Source: a virus (taxonomy: Duplodnaviria; Heunggongvirae; Uroviricota; Caudoviricetes). Taken from it: a stretch of DNA of 27,525 nucleotides. This document shows positions 1-6,924 of the stretch, piece by piece. Each line of letters begins with the position of its first letter. Within the stretch, counting starts at the first letter, position 1. The stretch is from IMG/VR virus record IMGVR_UViG_2974615235_000001, positions 65,236 through 92,760 of that record; one strand, written 5' to 3'. The position numbers and the translations under genes were made by a program. The notes under the pieces are model-generated. The model was not told the origin of the DNA, searched no databases, and worked only from the letters and a program-made list of their open reading frames with translations.

Positions 1-2
1 TT

Positions 3-251
3 TGTAGAACTTTTTACACTTTTTGCCTATCTGATGACATCCTTTTAAACGAACTTGTAAATCATGATGGGGGTAGTACAGGGCACAATCTGGCTTTACA
101 GATGTTAGGGCATGGTGTAGTATTCTGGGAAAATGAAAACACTAAATTACTTGATCAATTACTTGCCCTATTGTTAGATAAAAAAGTTGTAAAACCTTTT
201 CGTTTATTCTACTGTGACCAATGGGATCACCTAGAATGGGACAGCATTTAA
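3..251 (+). CDS. 5'-truncated hypothetical protein (C-terminal 82 aa)
   Basis: Open frame from position 3 (CRTFYTFCLSDDILLNELVNHDGG...WDSI) to TAA at 249-251, which overlaps the next ATG (TAATG). Confidence 0.7.
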   Translation, partial: CRTFYTFCLSDDILLNELVNHDGGSTGHNLALQMLGHGVVFWENENTKLLDQLLALLLDKKVVKPFRLFYCDQWDHLEWDSI

Positions 252-343
252 TGAAACTTGAAAAAATTTTAAACATACTGCTTTACATTGGTTTTGTCTG
301 TGGTATGGTTATGACTCTTCACTTAGTTTTAAAAACTATTTGA
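251..343 (+). CDS. Small single-pass membrane peptide (30 aa)
   Basis: Hand-translated MKLEKILNILLYIGFVCGMVMTLHLVLKTI; TAATG coupling; one hydrophobic stretch; below the ORF-track cutoff. Confidence 0.6.
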   Translation: MKLEKILNILLYIGFVCGMVMTLHLVLKTI

Positions 344-363
344 AAATAAACCCTAAAAACCTA

Positions 364-392
364 TTGACAGTGTGAAAACTATAAAGTAACCT
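364..392 (+). promoter_or_regulatory. sigma70-type early promoter
   Basis: TTGACA-N17-TAACCT with AT-rich upstream tract. Confidence 0.7.
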
Positions 393-443
393 TTGCACTG
401 TCATCTCAACAAACAAATTTAATTTTTAAAAAGGTAACAAATT

Positions 444-818
444 ATGTACCCAGCGGATTTAAAAGCAGACCAATTTTTTAAAAGTATCATTTTACAAGTT
501 TGCGATAATGAAAGTTACAATGATCAAGTGTTAACAACTGAAGCGGAAAAAATTCAGTTCCTTAAAGATACGTTTTACAGTGAACTTGGTTGGAGTGTTG
601 AACGTGTAGGGTTACGCCAAGCTTGTCAAAATTGGCTTCAGGGGCTTGCATCCGCTTGTACAGTACCGTTTTACAATGGTGAAATAATAGAGCTATACGA
701 GGCCAGCTTAGGACGTAAGTTATTAGAGCGTGAAGAAGATAGAATTTTATTTTCTGATACGCACAGCTACTGGTACTATATGGGATTGACTCTTGCGGGA
801 ATGTTTAAAAATAATTAA
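444..818 (+). CDS. Hypothetical early protein (124 aa)
   Basis: ORF track; AAGGT SD after AT-rich enhancer; own promoter. Confidence 0.85.
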   Translation: MYPADLKADQFFKSIILQVCDNESYNDQVLTTEAEKIQFLKDTFYSELGWSVERVGLRQACQNWLQGLASACTVPFYNGEIIELYEASLGRKLLEREEDRILFSDTHSYWYYMGLTLAGMFKNN

Positions 819-826
819 ATAAACAG

Positions 827-856
827 TTGACGCGGTTAAAAGATTAATGTTACAGT
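827..856 (+). promoter_or_regulatory. sigma70-type early promoter
   Basis: TTGACG-N18-TACAGT with TGn extension. Confidence 0.7.
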
Positions 857-898
857 TGCCGCGTCTTTTACCAAAACTTAAATTTTAAAGGTTACAAA

Positions 899-1153
899 AT
901 GAAAACTTTTCACGGCTACAAAAACACAACTTCTCACGCGGGTTCACCTAGCCAGCATACGATTGATGTAAACGAGATCGACTGTATTAAATGCTGGTTT
1001 AATTTCTATGGCAACCCTTCTTATGTGTTCCATATGTCTAATGATGACATGTATTATTTAGTTGATGACTACGGCGCAATGAATGGGATAAGTCACCTAT
1101 CGCGTATATGCGTTAAACGTAAGAAAGACATGTTTTTAAAGTGGGGGGCGTAA
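899..1153 (+). CDS. Hypothetical early protein (84 aa)
   Basis: ORF track; AAATTTTAAAGGTT leader before the ATG. Confidence 0.8.
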   Translation: MKTFHGYKNTTSHAGSPSQHTIDVNEIDCIKCWFNFYGNPSYVFHMSNDDMYYLVDDYGAMNGISHLSRICVKRKKDMFLKWGA

Positions 1154-1154
1154 A

Positions 1155-1277
1155 ATGTATAATTCAAAAAGCTTTGACCGCAAAAGTGACAGCAAGCCAA
1201 GTAAAGCGGAACGTAAACAGATTAAACAGGAACGCAACAAAAGGAAAAGTAAATTTAACAGATATGACATAGCATAG
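1155..1277 (+). CDS. Small Lys/Arg-rich peptide (40 aa)
   Basis: Hand-translated MYNSKSFDRKSDSKPSKAERKQIKQERNKRKSKFNRYDIA; starts 1 nt after the previous stop; G-rich SD-like run upstream. Confidence 0.65.
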   Translation: MYNSKSFDRKSDSKPSKAERKQIKQERNKRKSKFNRYDIA

Positions 1278-1296
1278 AGGTTTTAACACTAGGCTA

Positions 1297-1326
1297 TTGA
1301 CTTCTTAAAGGTTGATAGCTTAGAAT
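1297..1326 (+). promoter_or_regulatory. sigma70-type early promoter
   Basis: TTGACT-N18-TAGAAT. Confidence 0.7.
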
Positions 1327-1378
1327 TAAGATTCTTTATCAATTGGCAATAATGCCACAATGAAACAATGGTGAAAAT

Positions 1379-1600
1379 ATGGTTACAATTCTATTTACTA
1401 ATTGTGCAATAACAGTAAGGTCGGATATAAATGGTTGGACGTATTCCAGTTTAATCAACACCCTTGATAAATTAATAGGTTTAACTGATCTTACTGACCC
1501 CGTACTAATGGTAAAGTGTGGCAACATTAAAACATTGACACGTAAGTTAATGGAACAGGGCTTAGTAGTTAACGAACGCCCCAGAAAATGCATTTATTAA
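1379..1600 (+). CDS. Hypothetical early protein (73 aa)
   Basis: ORF track; downstream of a promoter; GGTG SD. Confidence 0.7.
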   Translation: MVTILFTNCAITVRSDINGWTYSSLINTLDKLIGLTDLTDPVLMVKCGNIKTLTRKLMEQGLVVNERPRKCIY

Positions 1601-1663
1601 TAGGATTGTCAAAAGATGAAAACTTTACAAACTGATTTAGATTACATTTAAGAGGCGTAACCA

Positions 1664-1948
1664 ATGTTTAAACTAATCAAAAAGATCAAAGCTGAAAATG
1701 AAATAAACGCTATTAAGAAAGAATGTAAAAACAATTGTGATAACCTACGTTTTAAAATGGCGTTGGTAGATACTTTACACTACATGTATTCGGACAATGT
1801 AGGGGACTCGATGATCAAGAATAATTTTACCCAGTTGTGCGCTTTTTTAGATGTTGGTGTATATACGTTTATTCACTTAGAAGTGGAGGTTTACTTGCAC
1901 AGTGACGGTTCAAAAAGTGCAAGGATTATTAGGGAGGAAAAACTTTAA
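1664..1948 (+). CDS. Hypothetical early protein (94 aa)
   Basis: ORF track; AGAGG SD. Confidence 0.8.
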   Translation: MFKLIKKIKAENEINAIKKECKNNCDNLRFKMALVDTLHYMYSDNVGDSMIKNNFTQLCAFLDVGVYTFIHLEVEVYLHSDGSKSARIIREEKL

Positions 1949-1967
1949 AATAAATTGGTTTTAAGTG

Positions 1968-1996
1968 TTGACATAGTGAAAAGTATTCTCTAATAT
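1968..1996 (+). promoter_or_regulatory. sigma70-type early promoter
   Basis: TTGACA-N17-TAATAT. Confidence 0.8.
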
Positions 1997-2053
1997 TCAC
2001 TACATCGAGTCAGGGCAATGGTGCAACGGCTCAAATTTTAAAGGTTGATTATT

Positions 2054-2386
2054 ATGTCTTCATTATGTCAAGGTTGTGAACTACAATTCCTCAACGCAAA
2101 GCTTTCTTCAGATTTTGGATTAAACCTTTTAAAAAGAAAATTCCCTGATAATTTTGAAGAAATATTAAAGGAGGTAGGTGTCTATACTAAAGGTAAAAAC
2201 CAAGGTAAATACAGGGGGGCTATTTTTTGGGTAAAATGCGTTAAAGGCGGATGGGACTACGAGTATAAAACAGGTGTCGTACGTCGTGGAAGTTTCGCGT
2301 ATAAAGTGGTTAAAGATGCTTATGACATTCACTCAACTTGCCTAGTTGATGACGGACACGTAATACACTCTAAAATGATGTGGTAA
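2054..2386 (+). CDS. Hypothetical early protein (110 aa; start moved to ATG 2054)
   Basis: ORF track 2045-2386; AAGGT SD spacing fits ATG 2054. Confidence 0.8.
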   Translation: MSSLCQGCELQFLNAKLSSDFGLNLLKRKFPDNFEEILKEVGVYTKGKNQGKYRGAIFWVKCVKGGWDYEYKTGVVRRGSFAYKVVKDAYDIHSTCLVDDGHVIHSKMMW

Positions 2387-2397
2387 ACCACTGATAG

Positions 2398-2426
2398 TTG
2401 ACATACAAAAAGAGTGTCTGTATTGT
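2398..2426 (+). promoter_or_regulatory. sigma70-type early promoter
   Basis: TTGACA-N17-TATTGT. Confidence 0.75.
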
Positions 2427-2457
2427 GGGCACTCAATCAATAAATAAGGTAATGAAA

Positions 2458-2658
2458 ATGTTTAAAACAATTCCAGATTTACAAAAACAACTTGAAACTT
2501 TAAATGCTATTGATTTGGAAGCGCTTGAAAATGCCGCTATCGCAATGGAAAAAGCAGGGCTTAATGCTGATGCAATTTGGGAAAAGATAGTAGATACTGA
2601 AGAAGAGGAAAGAGATATTGCACTGGCAATGCAAGAAATAAAAGATTCTAACTTTTAA
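2458..2658 (+). CDS. Small acidic helical protein (66 aa; start moved to ATG 2458)
   Basis: The track start (TTG 2398) is the -35 box; AAGGT SD lies 7 nt before ATG 2458. Confidence 0.75.
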   Translation: MFKTIPDLQKQLETLNAIDLEALENAAIAMEKAGLNADAIWEKIVDTEEEERDIALAMQEIKDSNF

Positions 2659-2661
2659 TAG

Positions 2662-2691
2662 TTGACTTTTCTAAATGGGTTCGCTTACACT
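2662..2691 (+). promoter_or_regulatory. sigma70-type early promoter
   Basis: TTGACT-N18-TACACT. Confidence 0.65.
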
Positions 2692-2736
2692 ACGGACTCA
2701 TTCAAAAAGTTAATTATTTCTAACAGGGTAACAAGT

Positions 2737-3126
2737 ATGAGCAATTCACAACTATTCAAAGAAGCGCATCGGGTAGCACGTAATACAGTAGAGCAAGTTG
2801 GAGATTATCAGATCGCTTTCACTCTGGCTTTACGTGAATTGATAGCAGAACAAAGAAAGCCTAAAGAAACTTTTATTCTCAATAAAGGCTTTGAAGGTGA
2901 GATTATTCTTATGTTACTGGTATTCGCTTGTATGATTGTTGCGGCTGTAGTAGGTGTAACGGTATCGCCTTTTCACATGGTAGCGGTTTTAATTGTTGGT
3001 ATTATGGGTTCTTTTGTTATCACTGGTATTATGTGGGCAGGTTATATGATTCATGTGTATTTTATGAAAAGCTTATACAACGTTACTTTTGAAACATGTT
3101 ATGAAGTATGGCTACAAGCTAAGTAA
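2737..3126 (+). CDS. Membrane protein, soluble N-terminus plus two TM helices (129 aa; start moved to ATG 2737)
   Basis: AGGGT SD before ATG 2737; hydrophobic stretches IILMLLVFACMIVAAVVGVTV and MVAVLIVGIMGSFVITGIMWAGYMI. Confidence 0.8.
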   Translation: MSNSQLFKEAHRVARNTVEQVGDYQIAFTLALRELIAEQRKPKETFILNKGFEGEIILMLLVFACMIVAAVVGVTVSPFHMVAVLIVGIMGSFVITGIMWAGYMIHVYFMKSLYNVTFETCYEVWLQAK

Positions 3127-3137
3127 TGTGGTATTTA

Positions 3138-3234
3138 AAAGCCTTGTAACGCTCTACAGGGCTTTATATTACAAAAGTAGTACCATTATACTAAATCACC
3201 CTGTTAACGCCTTACAATGGCTTATAGGGCGTTA
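3138..3234 (+). other. Two tandem RNA hairpins (terminator or RNase processing sites)
   Basis: AAAGCCTTGTA/TACAGGGCTTT (3138-3165) and TAACGCCTTA/TAGGGCGTTA (3205-3234), each with one G-U pair. Confidence 0.55.
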
Positions 3235-3264
3235 GAATTATTTTAAATTATTTTCTTTTATAGC

Positions 3265-3292
3265 TTGTAATCTGTGAAAGAATGTCTATACT
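3265..3292 (+). promoter_or_regulatory. sigma70-type early promoter
   Basis: TTGTAA-N16-TATACT; near-duplicate of the promoter at 3789. Confidence 0.65.
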
Positions 3293-3350
3293 ATAGAGTA
3301 TCGGTTGATTAATAGTAATCAATCATTAATTAGTAAATAAGGTTTATATT

Positions 3351-3713
3351 ATGGGTATGACAACAAAGCAACTAATTCAAGTCCTGAATATGGCTGAAAA
3401 GAAAATAAATGGGGCGCTGTCATTAGATAAAGAGGTAATAACTTACAAGTTAGATATAGAAAATAAGAAGGTTATCGTACAAAAGATTGAACTCGTTTAC
3501 AAAGATGTGATCAGATGTGGGCACATTGGAAGCGGAAGACAATGGAAAACTAAATCATGGGTGAAAGATGAGAATACACGGTCTACAATTTTCGAAGGTA
3601 CTGCAAAAGATACTATTGCTTTTCTGGCAGACTACCAACGAAAAGTTTTAAAGAAAGTGGATGTAAATGCTAAAAAAGATGATGACGATTTTTTAGGTCA
3701 TTTTGGCTTCTAA
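3351..3713 (+). CDS. Hypothetical early protein (120 aa)
   Basis: ORF track; AAGGT SD. Confidence 0.85.
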   Translation: MGMTTKQLIQVLNMAEKKINGALSLDKEVITYKLDIENKKVIVQKIELVYKDVIRCGHIGSGRQWKTKSWVKDENTRSTIFEGTAKDTIAFLADYQRKVLKKVDVNAKKDDDDFLGHFGF

Positions 3714-3788
3714 AAGAAACACTATGCGCTCTACGGGGCGCTATTCCAGCCAGTTAAGTACAACGTATAAATTATTTTGTTTTAATAC

Positions 3789-3816
3789 TTGTAATCTGTA
3801 AAAATGTCTCTATACT
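3789..3816 (+). promoter_or_regulatory. sigma70-type early promoter
   Basis: TTGTAA-N16-TATACT. Confidence 0.65.
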
Positions 3817-3869
3817 TGTAAACAAGTCGAGGCAATACAGCAACGGCAAATTTTAGTAAGGTTAATCAC

Positions 3870-4130
3870 ATGAAACTACACATTGAATCACAAGGTAACA
3901 ATTCTCACTTAGGCGGCATCCTGTTTAAAAACACATCTGAAGAAAAAGCTAATGTAATCGTAGATAAATTTGTTGATTACTTAAATGATGAAGGTGTAGA
4001 CGCTTATAACGATTGTATCTGTGATATAGAAACTGATAATAGTTTTTGGTTATCGTTTTCTGTAGATAGGCAAGATGCTACACAGGCAGAGCTTAGGAAG
4101 TATTGGTCTACATTTAAAAAATCACTGTAG
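3870..4130 (+). CDS. Hypothetical acidic early protein (86 aa)
   Basis: ORF track; AAGGT SD. Confidence 0.85.
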   Translation: MKLHIESQGNNSHLGGILFKNTSEEKANVIVDKFVDYLNDEGVDAYNDCICDIETDNSFWLSFSVDRQDATQAELRKYWSTFKKSL

Positions 4131-4147
4131 TAATAACACTCTAAAAC

Positions 4148-4173
4148 AAAGCCCCTTCTACAGGGGCTTTTTT
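4148..4173 (+). terminator. Rho-independent terminator, probably bidirectional
   Basis: AAAGCCCCT-TCTAC-AGGGGCTTT followed by TTT; A-rich run (AAAACAAA) on the other side. Confidence 0.85.
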
Positions 4174-4561
4174 ATTGCTTGCAATAAGAGGGCATCTTTA
4201 AAGATTCCATCTACTAAGATTAAACACCACCGTATAGCGGCATAGGAGCCCCGCTACGGCTTTAAAAACTTATCCCTAACACAATGTACACCTTAACGTT
4301 TAAAACGTTACTACGGGCTTTATACAACGTATAAACACTATGTTTGTGTTGTAGTGTTAACCTCTAAAGATTGGTTCTTATTAACGTAGTTAATAGGGTA
4401 CATCTTATTAATTACATTAATAGATTAAGACCCTAACAATTAATTGTTAAAGTATACCTTTGTAGTTTTGTAACCTTCATACCCTGCTACTATCTGTTAG
4501 TTATTTTTTGTTAGCTTGCTAACTGTTTATTACTTCATACGTAAGTATATAGATTGTCCCT

Positions 4562-4577
4562 TATCAACTAGTTGATA
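4562..4577. promoter_or_regulatory. 16-bp perfect palindrome matching the IHF core consensus on both strands
   Basis: TATCAACTAGTTGATA; WATCAA-N4-TTR is matched by TATCAACTAGTTG. Confidence 0.45.
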
Positions 4578-4652
4578 GATTGTGCCCTACTAACCCTGCT
4601 ACTACTTACCAGTTATTTTGCCCGAAGTGGCAACCAATTCCACCCTCCCCCT

Positions 4653-5029
4653 TGCAAGTACCTTGCCAACTTTGTACCTCTAAAGTATTGCCCCCTAATA
4701 ACTACGTTATTAAAAAATATCCTTTTATATATATTAAACTAGAAATTCTCTATTAGAAGGTGTCAAAAAGGTATCATTTGCTACCTTAAATAATTATTCA
4801 CTAATAATGCATAAGTATTCCTAGCATTAATCATACCAACTTTTTGCACACTAATGGTGCAATTTTCCAATTTATAGAGTTCTCCTAAAAGATGACCTAC
4901 GGCATAGGGTAGTACCTAAATGAGCTTAGAATGCCATACAGGAGCTTTTAGAAGGGGTCACACTATTGGCATATACCTTGCTTAAAGAAATATATGGCAT
5001 GAAGTATGCTATAGCAAGTACCTTGCCAG
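4653..5029. promoter_or_regulatory. Cluster of five sigma54-like -24/-12 (GG-N10-GC) elements
   Basis: Minus: TTGGCAAGGTACTTGCA (4653-4669), TTGGTATGATTAATGCT (4823-4839), CTGGCAAGGTACTTGCT (5013-5029). Plus: TTGGCATATACCTTGCT (4966-4982), ATGGCATGAAGTATGCT (4994-5010). Confidence 0.6.
4845..4861. promoter_or_regulatory. NtrC-like enhancer palindrome
   Basis: TGCACACTAATGGTGCA versus NtrC consensus TGCACCA-W3-TGGTGCA (15/17). Confidence 0.4.
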
Positions 5030-5340
5030 AGTGTCACATTTTGAAAGATTATTCTTTTATATGTATATAAGAAGAAAAAGGTATCATCAGGGTGTCAAAA
5101 AGGTGTCATTTTCAGAGAGGAATAATTATGAGGATATATTGCATATTCATGCAAGGGTTCAAAGTTGCACAGGTATGCATGTTAAGCGGGTAATTATTCA
5201 TATTACTTTTTGTTAGGTTGTTATTCTACATAGATATTTTACTTTTATGAGAAAGTGTGGTATGGGAGAGTGGTCTAGGTTCAACACCCAATCTAAAGAA
5301 CCTCAATCACATGAACCTACATATTTGGTAGATTTAAACT

Positions 5341-5540
5341 TAGTAAAGGGGTTAATTTAGTAAAGGGTATATTTTGGAGAAAATAAATATAAGAAAAATA
5401 CTTCTTTGGTAGGATATTTTATATGAAGGATATTTCTAAGAAAGGGTATATATTTCAAAGGTATACACTAAGAAAGGGGATATTTTAAGAAAGGTAGATA
5501 TTTTATAAGGTATTGTTTTGTAAGGAAATGTATATTTTGG
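5341..5540 (+). repeat. Degenerate tandem array of about 7 AGG-N(0-5)-ATATTT units
   Basis: aaagggtatatttt, aggatatttt, aaggatatttc, aaagggtatatatttc, aaaggggatatttt, aaaggtagatatttt, aaggaaatgtatatttt. Confidence 0.65.
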
Positions 5541-5683
5541 TAGTTATTTGGTGTTTTTAGTAGGTTTTATGAAGATACTGTCGTGGTAAGGTATCTAGGA
5601 GGGTAGATAATGCTGTAGGACGCTCTGTAAGGGCCTCTGGGAGGAGTTCTCTATAAAGTTACCCTGTTGGGTAGGGTGATACT

Positions 5684-5713
5684 AAAAAGCTCCCTAAATT
5701 GATTAGAGAGCTT
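5684..5713 (-). terminator. Rho-independent terminator of the leftward array
   Basis: Minus strand AAGCTCTCTAA-TCAAT-TTAGGGAGCTT (one G-U) followed by a T-run, about 40 nt after the last stop. Confidence 0.75.
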
Positions 5714-5751
5714 CTCAGAGAGAGGGAGGGTTTCTTATGAGGGAAGTGGTA

Positions 5752-6282
5752 TTAGAGGGTAACACTATCATATTCAAAAGAGGTGTACTTATCACATTTA
5801 CTAGCTGCCCTTATTGCGTCTTCCGAAGGTACTCCTGCTTTTATAGCTCCGTATGCGTAGTTACCTCCTGAACCAAAAGTTATGAAATTATCTGTACCTT
5901 GTATTAATTGTAAATCCCATTTAGGGGAATTCCAAAAGTGTTTTCCTTTCTGTGCATCATAGAGTTCTACAAAGAGTCCTTCTCCCTTACGTCTCACTAC
6001 TGCTATAGTAACGTCTTCTTCCTTAGGAGGAGGTATGTAACCTTTATACTCGTAGTGTTCTACTAATCGTAAAATCTCACTTCTATTACCTGCCCCTGCT
6101 AAAACTACATCACCTATTCTGTGTATCTTGTCATTACTTTGTATAGCAAAAGATTCCTCATTAATGGGGATATTGTCTGAAAGCATGTACCTTATAGGAG
6201 ATACTTCCTTATAGAATGTTTGTGTAGTCTGTTTATCTGCTAAGACTTTTCTTTCTTTAAAATCTATGATTACTGTTGTCAC
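5752..6282 (-). CDS. HslV/proteasome-beta-like Ntn-hydrolase (Thr protease) homolog
   Basis: N-terminal (M)TT, ADKQTT (HslV GDGQAT), KIHRIGDVVLAGAG, FGSGGNYAYGA (HslV GSGGxYA), terminal DKYT; GTGA coupling. Confidence 0.65.
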   Translation of the reverse strand: MTTVIIDFKERKVLADKQTTQTFYKEVSPIRYMLSDNIPINEESFAIQSNDKIHRIGDVVLAGAGNRSEILRLVEHYEYKGYIPPPKEEDVTIAVVRRKGEGLFVELYDAQKGKHFWNSPKWDLQLIQGTDNFITFGSGGNYAYGAIKAGVPSEDAIRAASKCDKYTSFEYDSVTL

Positions 6283-6572
6283 TCTACTTCCTCCCTAAGA
6301 CTATCCTCAAGTATCTCCTCTAAACTCCCTCCTCCATTGTAGTGCATCGTGTGGAAGTAATAAGTATCACTGGTGGAGTACGGACATTTTTCTATCTCTA
6401 CAAAATAACTACAATCTTCCTCTGATTCTACTTCATATTCTACACTGTAGTACTTATCATTTAGTCTCATGTAACCTGTGTTATACAGATCGTTTAGGTC
6501 TAAACCAAGGTTTAATAACTGTAAAGCAGTTACCTCTCTTAGTGTACCTTTATTTCTTTCCACTGTGCTCAT
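6279..6572 (-). CDS. Hypothetical acidic protein (97 aa)
   Basis: ORF track; AGGAG SD; coupled to neighbours. Confidence 0.8.
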   Translation of the reverse strand: MSTVERNKGTLREVTALQLLNLGLDLNDLYNTGYMRLNDKYYSVEYEVESEEDCSYFVEIEKCPYSTSDTYYFHTMHYNGGGSLEEILEDSLREEVE

Positions 6573-6574
6573 AA

Positions 6575-6922
6575 TTATTCTCCTGTCTTAAAATTTATCT
6601 CTGTACTATATACATCCCCTAGTTTGTAAGAGGAATGCTTCTCAAACGTAATACTACAAACATTTTCAAGTTCTTTCTTAAAGAGTTGGAAAGTGTTTTC
6701 ATTGCAATATATTTTATTTCCTGCCACTATAGTCTTGTCATCTTGTAAAAGCTGTCGATACTCTTCTACCTCTTTATATTTGTTGAAAGGGTTGAAAAAG
6801 AAGAGTTCATCTTTACTAACAGACAATCTCTCTTTCCATGTACGTAATACTTTCTTTCTTACAGTAGTGGGAGGGATACAATGTATCTCACAACCTCCGA
6901 ATATTAAAGGTACTTCTGTCAT
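6575..6922 (-). CDS. Hypothetical protein (115 aa; start moved to ATG 6922)
   Basis: ORF track; GGAG SD before ATG 6922. Confidence 0.75.
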   Translation of the reverse strand: MTEVPLIFGGCEIHCIPPTTVRKKVLRTWKERLSVSKDELFFFNPFNKYKEVEEYRQLLQDDKTIVAGNKIYCNENTFQLFKKELENVCSITFEKHSSYKLGDVYSTEINFKTGE

Positions 6923-6924
6923 AA

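Larger units (their letters stand above)
4131..5751. other. 1.6-kb non-coding, palindrome- and repeat-rich island between convergent transcription units
   Basis: No credible ORF; many perfect palindromes and direct repeats; pyrimidine-rich left part and purine-rich right part on the + strand. Confidence 0.8.

Noticed and set aside
30-60. CTGATGA hammerhead-like core
   Set aside because: No stem II or GAAA follows, and it lies inside a coding frame
1339-1593. 84-aa minus-strand ORF
   Set aside because: Antisense shadow of the promoter- and SD-supported + strand gene 1379-1600
5031-5216. 61-aa + strand ORF in the non-coding island
   Set aside because: GTG start without an SD, low-complexity repeat-derived sequence, no protein-like pattern
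5265-5300. GGTTCAA T-loop-like sequence suggesting a tRNA
   Set aside because: No cloverleaf, acceptor stem or anticodon arm can be built
4131-5751. CRISPR array or mini-array
   Set aside because: Repeats are short, degenerate and irregularly spaced, with no constant repeat-spacer period
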